The translations under genes were made by a program, and so were the position numbers. Below the pieces are notes generated by a model. The model saw only the letters and a list, made by a program, of their open reading frames with translations, was not told the DNA's origin and made no database searches. A DNA stretch of 64,000 nt from Malacoraja senta (taxonomy: Eukaryota): contig CM075978.1 in assembly GCA_038087875.1 (NCBI GenBank), forward strand, positions 103,912,001 to 103,976,000, given 5' to 3'. This document shows positions 26,441 to 38,607 of this stretch, piece by piece; the stretch's first letter is position 1; each line of letters opens with the position of its first letter.

Positions 26441-26670
26441 GGCGGTAGAGTTGCTACTTTACATCGCCAGAGACCTGGGTTTGATCTTGACTACAGGTGC
26501 TGTCTGTATGGAGTTTGGATGTTCTCTATGTGATCACTTGGGTTTTCTCCTGGTGCTCAGGTTTCTTCCCACATTCCAAAGACGTGTAGATTCATAGGCT
26601 TCTGTAAATAGTCCCGAATGGGTAGGATATAACCAGTGTACGGATGTTTGTTGGTCATCGTGGATATTGA
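26441..26670 (+). mobile_element. tRNA-derived V-SINE (HE1-like)
   Basis: A/B-box-like head (ggcggtagagttgct...gggtttgatc) and V-domain tgtatggagtttg...gggttttctcc...tcccacattccaaagac. Confidence 0.85.
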
Positions 26671-26671
26671 C

Positions 26672-26950
26672 TGAATTCCTCTCTTCAAGTAACCCATGCT
26701 TTTCCTCTCTCTCCATCCCTCCCCTTCCCAGTTCTCCGACCAGTCTTATTGTCTCTGACTACATTTTATCTGTTTGCTTTGTTATCTATTCCCTTTGTCC
26801 TATTTTTGCACCTTGCACTTCCTTATCTTTGTATCTCCCTCTCCCCTGAGTCTGAAGAAGGGTCTCGACCCGAAATGTCACCCATTCCTTCTCTCCAGAG
26901 ATGCTGCCCGTTCCGCTGAGTTACTCCAACATTATGTGTCTATCTTTGGT
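26672..26950 (+). mobile_element. Penelope-like 3' end/pLTR with hammerhead-like core at 26852-26879
   Basis: ctgaagaagggtctcgacccgaaatgtc. Confidence 0.8.
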
Positions 26951-27072
26951 CTAATATTAACCTTGCTACTTCCATCAAATCCGTCATACAGCTGGGAACA
27001 CTGTTAACTGTATAGATCATTCCAGGATAATTTTGTTTGTCATGCTGATGACGTGGACTTTGTCATTTACAG

Positions 27073-27126
27073 GGACGTTCCGGAATGAAAGGCGATGCAG
27101 GTCAACCAGGAGTGTCAGGACGACCA
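27073..27126 (+). CDS. COL12A1: COL2 exon GRSGMKGDAGQPGVSGRP
   Basis: 54 nt, tttacag / gtaagt. Confidence 0.96.
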
Positions 27127-28325
27127 GTAAGTATTATCTCTTTCATTTAATTACAACTAATGAATGTAATTGGGAACCTCATTTAGAAAGTCAGCTAATG
27201 TTTGCAGTAGGGAATAAATAATAATAAATAATAATAATATAAACAATTTATAATAATATTATAAACAGTTCTCTTCTTTGATTATTTGATAGGGTAGCCC
27301 TTTTATACCTAGAAACAGTCGATGAAGCATTTCAGTAAAAGGTTTTACCAAGAATTCAGTCCCACCTGAGACTTGAGTATATTTGATAACTGTGTATAGT
27401 TGGAATTTTACCTTGCACTGACCTTGGATCAAAGTCTAATAGAATATGTTCTATTGGTTTTCTTGAATAATACAATTGTTATAATGCTCATTTTATAAAA
27501 TCACTCTTAGGCAACATTAATGTACTATTTTATTTATACAGAGCAACATATCGTTTTGTTGCAAAGTTGACAAATCTTTAGTGAACTAAAATGATATAAA
27601 ATTGTATACCTATATAATAAAAAGCCTGTTTAATTTGATATTACACTATCACAATGATTATCCCAACCTTTTTCTCACATCCTTTGAATTTCTGAATCAG
27701 TTCTGTAATCTAATAATTGGATCTTTTATTGCACAATGTTTTGAGATTGGTCTAAAATGACTCTGCTTAGCTTGCTACATTAAAAAAATTCTACTCTCAT
27801 AGAAGATTTTAAAATTGCAATGTACTTCTGCCAGTATGTATGTTCTATTGAAATTTAAGATCCCATCTTTAATCAGATTTCATTATGACCAAATTCTTGT
27901 TTGTCAAGAGGTAGCTGAACAGCCATTGCTGAAATTTACTATAAACAACAGTAAATTCCTTTGGAATAGATGATAATTTAAAAAATGCAAATGCCGTAGA
28001 TCTGAAATACAAATGGAAAATGTTGGAAACATTCAGCAGGTCAGGCAGCACCTGTGGAAAGTGTCGTCCTACTGTGCATCTGTGAAAGGTGTCAGTGGAA
28101 TAGTGCAAAAGAATGCTTTTGTGCCATGTCTCAGATGTTTAATTTGTAAGAAAAGATAGTGTCAGTATTTGAAAAAACTATTTATAACGTCGACCTTAGC
28201 AATGTATTAAGTATTTAAATACTTGTTTCTACAGTCTTATGGTAAAGGTCAGATGCACATTGGGAAATGCACAACATTACATATTTTAACAGCAATGTCT
28301 GACTAAATCATTTGTTTGTTAATAG

Positions 28326-28379
28326 GGATTAATTGGACGACCAGGCTCATCGGGTTCGCCAGGATCAGAGGGCCCAAGG
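28326..28379 (+). CDS. COL12A1: COL2 exon GLIGRPGSSGSPGSEGPR
   Basis: 54 nt, aatag / gtaggt. Confidence 0.93.
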
Positions 28380-28884
28380 GTAGGTACCTTTGCTGTCATA
28401 TAAAAACTTGTTTAAAGACGATTCACTGCTCTAACTTGGTTGCTGAGATAATTGTGTTATAGTAGCTTTCAGTTTTTGTCCATGATTTATGCCTGTGGAT
28501 AATACATTAGGTAAAAGGTATCAATCAGGAGAGTCACAGAGCAAAGTAGGAACTATTTTTTTTGAATTTACATATTAACTAGGCAGATCAATTTCTGCAT
28601 TAACAGTATGGAGGATGAGTTCAACACATAGAAGAGTATATTTTCCATATTTGGCAGATGGCAAATTTAAATCTACAATTTAAAAAGGGAGAGAGACAAA
28701 CTATAAACCGATCAGACTGACATCTTCCAAATTTGGCTCCTCCTTTGTTCGCTCTCCCTCCCCCTCACGGTGGTCCCCCCCCACACCGGGTCCTCCATTG
28801 TTCTTCCCCCCACCGTCACGGCAGTTTGCCCATGCCGGGTCCTCCATTGTTCTTCCCCCCTTCCCCTCACGACTTCTGATCACC

Positions 28885-29335
28885 ACACAATAGAAAGGAT
28901 GTGATCGTGCTGGAGTGAATGCAGAGGAAATTTACCAGGATTATGATAGTATTGGAAGACCTTAGTTATGGGGAGAGTTTGAATAGGCTGGGCTTGTTCT
29001 CTCTGGAGCAAAGTAGGCTGAGGAGTGATCTGATATAAGATTATTAAAGGGGTAGATAGGGTAGTCAAAATCTTTTTCATGGTAGCAATTACAAAATAAA
29101 GAAAACATAGTTTTAAGGTGAGAGTTTTAAAAGGGATAGGAATGATAGTTTTGTTTTACACATAGAATCGTGGATTTCTGAAATGCACTGGCAGATGAAT
29201 TGCTGGAATCACATATAATTACTACGTTTAAATGGCAATTCGACAGATACTTAAATAAACAGGGTTTAGAAGCATATAGGCCTAATGTGGACAATAGGGA
29301 GTCATGTTGTTAGGCAAAACGGTCATTGTGGAATA
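28885..29335 (+). mobile_element. Degraded CR1 3' fragment
   Basis: QRKFTR..RLGLFSLE-like remnants. Confidence 0.7.
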
Positions 29336-29776
29336 ACTGCTAGGCATCTACAAATGCAAGGATAAATGGCACCAAATAAGTCATTTTTTACCTGCTGGTG
29401 AATACAGCCATTTGTCTTCAAGAAGGAGCTTTCAAGATTTGGTGCTGCTCTGATTTTGGCAGGGGATATGCCTGAAATTCTTAGGTGGGCTCCATAATTC
29501 CATTAAAGTAACAGATTCAATCAAACTATCCAGGCATCTGATCCACGTGCTAATTCCTTCTGTCTGTGTACGTTTATCCCTTTCTGATATCATAGGTAAT
29601 AGTAGACATTAACAAGCTTTAACTGAAATTAGTGGTTATTTAATTAGACATCTAATTCCACCTCACAACCCCCCAAAAAACAATTTCTGATGCTTTACTT
29701 TGAATGGGAATTGAATGCGAAAAGGTATAATAACTTATTTTGACGTTATTGAAGCAATATTTCTTTTATGCTGTAG

Positions 29777-29830
29777 GGCTTCCCAGGTAAAGATGGACCA
29801 ATTGGTCCACGTGGACCCCAAGGACCGATC
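29777..29830 (+). CDS. COL12A1: COL2 exon GFPGKDGPIGPRGPQGPI
   Basis: 54 nt, ctgtag / gtaagt. Confidence 0.96.
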
Positions 29831-30314
29831 GTAAGTCATGTCTTCAGAAATGTATTGTTATTTAATGTGAATGTGTCAATCTTCATCATAACATCAAAAA
29901 TTCATCATTTTTTGGGCAGCATCTTTTCAAAAACACAAGGCAAAAAACGAGAAAGATTTATTTCTTTAAACCTGCATAAATGTGAAGTCTAAACATTTGA
30001 TATTCAAATTATTGTGCTTTACAGCAGAGAAGAAGGCCATTCAGCAGAATATGCCTGAGAAATCATATTGGCTGAGAAACCTTAAACTGTTCCTTCTGAT
30101 TTTGAGTCTCAAATGTTTTTATCAGTTTTAACATTAAGGGAACACCCACCAGTTTAGTCAGAGATCAAGAAAAGCCAATATCTTAATATTCTCAATTTTT
30201 TATTTATGTTAATATCAGTAATCCTGGGCCTTATTCAAGTAATCACATGTGAAATATGAGTGAATCTGATCATGGTTCTGAAACTCACTTCTTATTTCCC
30301 TCATTTCATTTCAG

Positions 30315-30386
30315 GGTTCTCCGGGTAACCCAGGTTCTCCTGGTCCCCTTGGGAATCAAGGGAAACAAGGTTCCACAGGAATGCTG
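30315..30386 (+). CDS. COL12A1: COL2 exon GSPGNPGSPGPLGNQGKQGSTGML
   Basis: 72 nt, tttcag / gtaagt. Confidence 0.95.
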
Positions 30387-32278
30387 GTAAGTTGTCAACT
30401 TAAGTAATTCAATATCCTGGTTGAAGGAATTGATGAAGAAGGAATTGTTATCATCATCAGTTTTTCTATGTATCTGCAGATTCCTGCAGATCTTCTGTTT
30501 CAAAAAAATATCTTTACTTTCAAAAACCTGTGCTTAATACTGTGTGTCCCTGAGACCTCAGCAGAGGCAACCACTTGCAGACATCCAGCTGCGCTGTATA
30601 CCTCAAGCAGGTGGATTTGGAAGAATGATTGCTCTAAATCCTTTCTAGTGTTAAAATGGCAAAAGACTGAATTTATGCATAGTTGAATATATTCTGTACA
30701 CGTTGAAATATTATTATTATGTGACATTTTATTGGAAATTCTCAAGGACCTCCGAACATTTAGACCAATTTCTAGAATGCTTTTTCTCCATGACTGTTAG
30801 ACAATTTAAAACCATTTCAGCTCTACTTCTGTGATTAAGACTTTATTTTTAAATCCTATTATTTAATGTTAAGGACAATGAAGGAGTAAATGGTATTAAA
30901 AAATAACAGTAAACTTTAAATCACATGGTCAATTAGTGCACAAATAGTAAATAAATCATCAATTTCCTCTGCCTGATAAATATGTTGGGCACATTCACTT
31001 AGAATTCCACACACAGGGACATTTTAGACTAATTCACCAAACATTCACATTCCGATCCTGAGCATAATTCCAAAGCCTTTAGGATTCTCACTTTTGACAG
31101 CTTCATGATATGTGATGTTTTCAGACTGTTTTGAGCTAAATTATTCTTGGTGGCCTGACATATCAATAAATTAAGCACAGATGTGGTATTAGTCTAGAGC
31201 TGAGCTCTCCACTAGAGTATGATGAGGACATCAGTGTTGTTTCAAATAGGCCCTGATCTGATGCATATGGATGATTCCCAGACTAATGTCTTCCAAGCAC
31301 TGACCTAGAGTTTTCATTTATCCTGATTGATGAGCTGAGTTTGTTTGCATTATTTGCATCTAATTTTCTTTAGCCAATTCATAGGCAATTTTGGATGAGG
31401 TGGGTGGTACTCATAGAATGGAAAATTATATTTGTGTGTAAGAGAAAGTATGTGGCAAGCAATGATATTGATGATTGATGATTGAACCTGGAATGAATGT
31501 TAGGGTAATGGTCCTATGTTCATTCAGAGGTATAGTCAAGGTAAAGGCACAGACAATTTGAATTCACTGGCTGTGCCATCCCCCTGGAGTATGATAATTG
31601 GAAATGTACTTGCAATAGGTTGACTCAGAGCCCAAGAAAGTAAACGCTCATTGATGTTAGAAGTCCACAATGCCAGAGATTGTACACCAAATTGTTTGAA
31701 AACTAATTTCATGAGATGTCAATGTCATTGGCAAGGTCAATGTGGAGAAGATGGCAGTAAGTCTCTTTCTTGAATAACTTACGTCTCTTTGATGAAGTTC
31801 ATCCCATAATTTTGGTTAGAGAATGCAAGAATGGAGAAATAATTCCAAGATTGTTGCTTGTAAATATAGGCAATGATATTCCCATAAAGCAACTGCCTCC
31901 TTGATGGCGGAGGTTTCGGGAGGTGCTGTTAAGAGTACGCCAGATAAGAAAACGCAATGTATTTTGTTGACACTCTACAGCGCAGTCACGATAGTGGAGG
32001 GATTTAGGATGGCGCATTTGATGCCACTTAAGTGTGCAACTTTGTCTTCAAATGTTTCAAACTTCATAGATGTTGTTAGGGGTGCATTCATCCAAGCAGG
32101 TGGAAGTTATTCCATCTGACTTACTATAGGTCTCAACAGAACAATCACAACATCCAGATTCTGGAACTGATTCTCTATCCTACATGAAGGGATAATTTCC
32201 AGTGGATAGTTAACCTACAGCACATCTTTGGGATGTGGAGGGGAAACTGGAGACTCTATGCAGACTACACCTGAGATT

Positions 32279-32355
32279 ATCTATGGAGCGAAGGAAATAG
32301 GTGACATTTCGGGTCGAGACCCTTCTTCAGACTGATGAGGGGGGGGGGGAGAAGA
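32279..32355 (-). mobile_element. Penelope-like pLTR fragment, inverted relative to 32930-33105
   Basis: Hammerhead-like core at 32303-32330. Confidence 0.8.
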
Positions 32356-32929
32356 AATGAATGAAAGAATGCTTTCATTTAAAACCAGTCACGTTTTCCA
32401 TCTTCAAACATTAGTTCATTTTCCAATTTCAAAGCACCCTGCTATATTGTTATCCTCCTTCCCTTTATGCACAAAATGCCTTTGCATTTTGCTTGAGTTT
32501 TGCTTCACTATATCTTTTCATGCAACCCTTCCAGCTTTGGCATTCACCGCTTCACTTTCTGCGCTCCTCCAGGCATTACACTGTGCTGAGCTCATGGCAT
32601 GTGAAACAAGCTCCCCATTATCATTTTATTATATATCAAACGCTCCTTGAAATCCAGGGGTGATAGTTTTTCCCATTTCATATTGTGGGACTGCTCTAGC
32701 ACAGATTTAACTGGTAACCCATTCCAGTCATCTTTGACCAAATCACATCTCAGCCTTGTTAAATTGATCGTTTTCTAATTGAGAATTTTTCTGTTGGTAA
32801 TATTTTTTTACTTTTCCTCGGCTTATGGAAGAAAGTAGGGGGTGGTGATGGAAGGGCACTATGTCGACCGGAGACCTGTGACAAGTGGTATGCCTCAGAG
32901 ATTGGTGCTGCACCCATTGTTGTGGTTTA

Positions 32930-33105
32930 AGCTTTTCTTCTTCCCGCCACCCCCCCCCCCCACCCTCACATCAGTGTGAAGAAGGGTCTCGACCCGAAAC
33001 GTCGCCTATTTCCTTCGTTCCATAGATGATGCCTCACCCGCTGAGTTTCTCCAGCATTTTTGTCTACCTTCGATTTTCCAGCATCTGCAGATCTTTCTTA
33101 AACAC
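32930..33105 (+). mobile_element. Penelope-like pLTR fragment
   Basis: gtgaagaagggtctcgacccgaaacgtc...gatgatgcc...ccagcatctgcag. Confidence 0.8.
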
Positions 33106-33651
33106 CTGAAATCATGATCAAATTCATGTACCTGAAACCAAGAGGCAGCAACACTAACTGTTGTGCCACTGTCACACTTGTTACCAGAGGATGGTGGAAA
33201 ATATTTGGAGTGTTAACAGATTAGTCAGTTATTGTAGGATACCCAGCTTCTGTCAGTTTCCTGTAGCCCCAGCATGATCATAACTGGTTCAGTTATTAAT
33301 AAGATATGATCCCGAAGATGTTGTTGAGGGGATCTCAGAGATGGTATTGTCAAAGTTGAGGTTAAACTCTATTTTGTTGGATATGGTAATTGGCTGGTTC
33401 ATGACACAATTAGTGGCAATAGTCAAATTTGAAATAATGTAAACAAGTAATACTACCAGTCATAAAATAATAATTAACTCAAATTTTGTGGTCACTTCAT
33501 ATTAGAATTATAGAATGGCAGAATCACAACAGGAAGGAGAGCAGTTGGCTTAGCAATCCAGTCATGCCCTTACCCCAGCTATTTTACCTTACTCCTGGAA
33601 ATTGATTTTCCTGCCTTTGCAATTTCCTTTTGAAATCCTTGACTAACTCTC

Positions 33652-34046
33652 TTTCAAGGGTTTCAAGGTCAGTTTATTGTCACATGTACCAATTAAGGTA
33701 CAGTGAAATTTGAATTACCATACAAAAAAAAGCAACAAGACACACAACTACATAAAAGTTAACATAAACATCCATCGCAGTGGATTCCCCACGTTCCTCA
33801 CTGTGATGGAAGGCAATAAAGTCCAATCTCCTTCCTCTTTATTCTCCCATGGTCGGGGCAGTCGAACCATCCGCAGCCGGTGGTCGAAGCCCCCGCGTCG
33901 GGGCGGTCGAAACTCCCACGTCGGGGCGGTCGAAACTCCCACAACAAAGCTAAGGAACACTTAAAAACAAACATTTAACACATACAAAACAGACAGAAAG
34001 AAGGAAAGGACAGACTGTTGGCGAGGCAGCCATTGCTGGCGCCACA
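33652..34046 (-). mobile_element. Short young non-autonomous retroposon (LINE-tail derived, probably Rex1/L2-type)
   Basis: Minus strand ends aataaactgaccttgaaacccttgaa; CpG-rich internal repeats gtcggggcggtcgaaactccc. Confidence 0.55.
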
Positions 34047-34948
34047 TAGATAGAGTTCCAGATCATAGCTATTTCCTGCATAAGATGTTTTCTTTTCCCC
34101 AAATTTATGTTAAATTTATGACTTTTGAACCACTTCTAATAGGAACGGACTCTCTCTGGCTATTTGCTGAAATCCATATATACATCAACAGCTCTGCCCT
34201 CGTCAACCTTTTTGGTCAAATCTGACTGTCCCTAATTAGCCAATGTCCATCTAACTGTGCAGTGATTATTTTTACATACAGTTCAGTAAAAAAATTACTG
34301 TACATTGGTATAACCATACTTGTACAAGAGTGTAAGAATAGATCATACTGAGGTTGTACAAGAGTTGCCATGTTTCCGGTGCCAACTTGTATCCAAGTTC
34401 AAAATTGTTAAAAATTCAGAGATCAGTTTAAAATTAATACCAGATATAAGCTGTTCTTTGTGTCTTTTAGAGAGTTTTAAGGATTTGAATCTCTCTTTTT
34501 CAAAGAGTGGTGCAAAGAGGTTCTTTAAATGTTTTTAGTCAGAGATAGATAGATTCTTGATGCACAAGGAGATGATTACTGCAGACAAGATTGCAGAATC
34601 AGGGTTACCACGAGATCAGCCGTGATATGAAATGGTAGAGCAGACTTAAGGGTGATTACCCTTGATTATCCTAATCAAATGTTTATATGTTCATATATTT
34701 GTATCAGTTCTAATTAATAGAAATTATTGCTGGATAAAATATGGGTTTGGAATACATTAAGCAGTTGGTGAGCACAGGGGTAAGATGATAAAGCACATAA
34801 GGTTGCATCCACTGAACTGGACTACATATATAAAATACTGACCTTATTTGTTTTTTATTTGTGCCTTGAATACTTTGTGTTAAGCATTGTATAGTTTTAC
34901 CTTTAAAAGAATAACGCAATTCAAGTATTTTTTGTCTTTGTTTTTCAG

Positions 34949-34984
34949 GGACCAATGGGACCGAAGGGTGAGAAGGGTGACCGA
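34949..34984 (+). CDS. COL12A1: COL2 exon GPMGPKGEKGDR
   Basis: 36 nt, tttttcag / gtaagt. Confidence 0.96.
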
Positions 34985-35369
34985 GTAAGTGCCAAAAGGA
35001 TATTGTAATTCAAACATTAAAAATTGCATCAAAAGCTGAGATCAATTCAACTGATTGAGTCTGCGACAGCTATTGATGCAGGTTTATATCTCAGAGTAAC
35101 TGAGAATGAATTATGGGATAGAGATTAATGGAAAGTTAGGCTGGATTGATCTACCAACAAAACAAAGTGCTAAATCAAGAACCGCACGAAAGCATTAAGC
35201 ATGAAGGACCATATTATAAGGTAGCCGTTATCTCATTAGGATATTAGTATTTGTCTTAGTTATATTGTTTGCTCAATGGAAGTTCCTGGGCACTATGACA
35301 ATTATCAACTCTATATCCTAATGATAGAATTCATGGTGTTAGAGCAACTCCACTGATGCCCATTTTAAT

Positions 35370-36280
35370 ATACATTATTAATGACTTGGATGTGAACATA
35401 GGAGGTATAATTAGCAAGTTTGTGAATTACATGAAATTGATGGTGTTGTGAATAGCAAGGAAAGTTGTCTAAGGCTACAGCAGGATATCACTTAGTTGGA
35501 AGATGGCGTGGAGCATTAGCTGATGGAATTTAATCCCAACAAGTCTGATATAATGTATTTTGGGACGTCAAAGAAGGGAAGGACATATTCAGTAAATAGG
35601 AATATTGATGAACAGAGAGACCAAGGGGTCCAACACCACAGTTCCCTGAGAGCGTTTACTGAGATAGGGTGGAGGAGACGTTTAGCATGCTCACCTCACA
35701 GGTTGGGGAATAGAATATAGGAGTTAAGCCTCAATTAGAGTACTGTGTGTAGCTTTGTGTGCCATAGTAGAGGAACAATGTGATTGTACAAGATTGAGTA
35801 CGGAGGAGATTTATCTAGAATGGAGAATTTTAGCTAAGTGTATTGAATGGATAGACTGGGGGGGTTTTCCTGGCTGACCGGACCAGATAAAAGTACATGA
35901 GGGTTATGAGTGGCATAGGTAGAGTAGGGTGGGTGGTCAAAGGTTTTTATTTTCCCCAAAGGCAAGAGGTCGTAGTTTTAAGGTTTATAGAAATGGGGCA
36001 TAGCTAGGGTTGCTGGTCAGACTTTTTCCTAGAGACTCCTAAGGGAGTCTAATACAAGGTTAAAGTGAGGGGAGGGGGGATTAAAAAGAGGCAACATTTT
36101 CACACAGAGGGCAGTGGGTGTACAGAAAGACTTGCCAGAGAAAGTTGTAGAGGTTCATGGATAGAAAGGTTCTGAGATATTTGGGTTAAAAGCAGTTGAA
36201 TAGAACTAACTTAGGAAGGCACTTTGCACTATATGGACAAGTTGGACAGAAGGACCTATTTCTGGGTTGGATGACTCTAC
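35370..36280 (+). mobile_element. Degraded CR1 LINE
   Basis: INDLDV, ISKF, LQQDI and MEFNPNK remnants. Confidence 0.8.
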
Positions 36281-36699
36281 AATTTTAAGGTCTTGTGGGA
36301 TGAAATTTGTCTTGGATGTTAATACCAAACATTTGTTGTTTGCTCCAACTTAACTGAAATTTACCCCGAGTCAGGTCATTGAGAATCCACCAGAAACCTG
36401 AGTAATTATTTAATGCTGACACGATTTTTAAAATTCAGTATTAGGTATGCGTGTGTTAGGGGGTGGGGTGGTAACTTTTGGCAAAGTTGGCATTCATTCC
36501 TCATCTCCAGTTACTTTGAGAAGGAATTTTGAGCTGCTTTTGATTTATTGCATTCTTCCAGTGAAAATATTCCAAATTGCTTTTGTGTAAGGAGTTCCGA
36601 AATGTTTACCTGGCAACAGCAGTATTCTTTCAGCGTTTAGACTTTAGTAATTGCAAACTATATTGGCGACTTAGAAGAAGGGACGTGGACTATTGTTAT

Positions 36700-37560
36700 A
36701 AAGATAAGCAAGAATGCATAGTGTACGGATATCATTGAGTTCTGCAAAGTCCAAGACAACGGGCAAAAATGTTTCAGATACCATATAACATGGCAAAATG
36801 TAAGAGTATGCACTTTGTGTGAAAAATTGAAAAGCAGAATATTGTTTAAATGGAGAGGAACTATAGAATAATATAGAGGAATTTGGGTTCCTCAGACTTG
36901 AAACAGAATGCATGTGGTACAGCAATTAATGAGAAAGACAAAAGGAATGTGGCCTTTATTCTGCAGGGATGAGTATAAAAATAGAAAAGTCTTGTTCTAG
37001 ATTTGGTGAGGAGGGATATACCTGATTTGGGCACTGTTCAGAATTCCTGGGATGAAAGGTATAGAATAGGTTGGGTGTGTGCTCATTGGAATTTAGAAAA
37101 ATGGGAGCTGATCATATTTTAACATAGAGAAAATTTGACAAGGTAGATGTTGATAGGATATTTCCCTTCCTTGAGAAATGTAAAATGAGGGCATGGTTTC
37201 AAAATAAGATGGAAATGAGGATGAATTTCTTCTCTGAGGGATGTGAATCATTGAAATTCTCTCAAACGCTAGATTGTTGATCTGTTGAGAGTCAAGGATG
37301 AAAGGGAACATCAAGGTCAGTATAAGGGAGAGTCCCAACTCAAAATGTCACTTGTCCATTTCCCTTCACAGATGCTGCCTCAATTGCTGACTTCCTGCAG
37401 CACTTTGTTTTTCACTCAAGATTCCTGCATCTATATTCTCTTGTGCCTCCTGAAAGGTGGAGCTAAGGCATGGTCAGATCAGCCATAATCATGTTGAATA
37501 GTTGTGAAGGCTCAAGGAGCCACATGTCCTACTCCTCATATTTTTAATTTCTATGTTTTT
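36700..37560 (+). mobile_element. Degraded CR1 LINE with an inserted Penelope-like fragment
   Basis: CR1 3' ORF2 remnants and gatcagccataatcatgttgaa...cctactcct tail. Confidence 0.65.
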
Positions 37561-38299
37561 TTCTAAGTCTTGTAGTGCCATTCCTCTGTAGGGATTATTG
37601 AGTGGGTTTGCAAAGTAATGCATAAGCATTGGCAAACGGATACAGTGCATTTTGGAAATGGTATATAGTGTATCACAATCAGCCAGTGATGGGGAAGCAA
37701 ATGTTCAGGGTGGTGGCTGTACTTATAATTAAGTGCTGCTTTATTCTTGATGGTGTCAATCTGCTTGTGACTGTTTCATTCACAATTGGAAGGAATTCCA
37801 TCAGAATTGTATTGTATCCTGAATTGTATCTTACTGATGGTTGGAAATCGTTTGGGAGTCAGGAAGATTACACACTCTCTGACTTGCTCTTCTATCCTGT
37901 GTATGTACCTGGCCAACCCAATTACGTTTGTAGTAATTGGTGAATTTTAGCCCTGCAGGGTGATGACAGTAAGAACTCATTGATAGTGATTATCAGGGAA
38001 AGGATGCTTGATCCTCTCTTGATGGAGATAATCATTGCCTTGTAATAATGAAGTATATATATTCAACTAATCAGCCCATGTCTGAGTGTTATCCAAATTT
38101 GACTGCATTCAAACATAGGCTAATTAATTATCTGAAGAGTTTGAAATTGAATTATGTATTCTCTGATGAACAATTCTGTTGTTTTTATGAAGGAGGGGAT
38201 ATAATTGATGACGCAGATCGAAGGAACTCAGGCCTCAGTATTTCACTTTCTCTGACGGTTGTAAAACATACCATAACCCTTGGCAAAGAATAGGGGATT

Positions 38300-38482
38300 T
38301 CTTACTGTAACGCAAATTTATCTTCTAACCAACAAATAAATGGAGATGCTGCTTACAAATTGGCAATCACGTTTCCTACATTACAACTATGACTATATTT
38401 TAGAAGTACTATATTGGCTGTAAACACTCGGGAATTTATTTTCGGGCTTGGAAGATATGACATATGCAGAAGTCTTCCTTTG
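38300..38482 (+). mobile_element. DeuSINE 3' tail fragment just upstream of the NC2 exon acceptor
   Basis: caaattggc...cgtttcctacattacaactatgacta...aagtacta.attggctgtaaa. Confidence 0.65.
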
Positions 38483-38540
38483 ATTTCTACATGGATTTAA
38501 TTAAATTAGTGAGATGTAATTTTTTTTTTTACTTTTCCAG

Positions 38541-38607
38541 GGAGACTTTGCCTCTCAGAACATGATGAGAGCAATTTCAAGACAAGTCTGTGAGCAGATG
38601 ATGAACA
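38541..38607 (+). CDS. COL12A1: COL2/NC2 exon GDFASQNMMRAISRQVCEQMMN
   Basis: ttccag / gtgagt, 67 nt, phase 0-1; ASQNMMRA motif characteristic of collagen XII. Confidence 0.98.
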
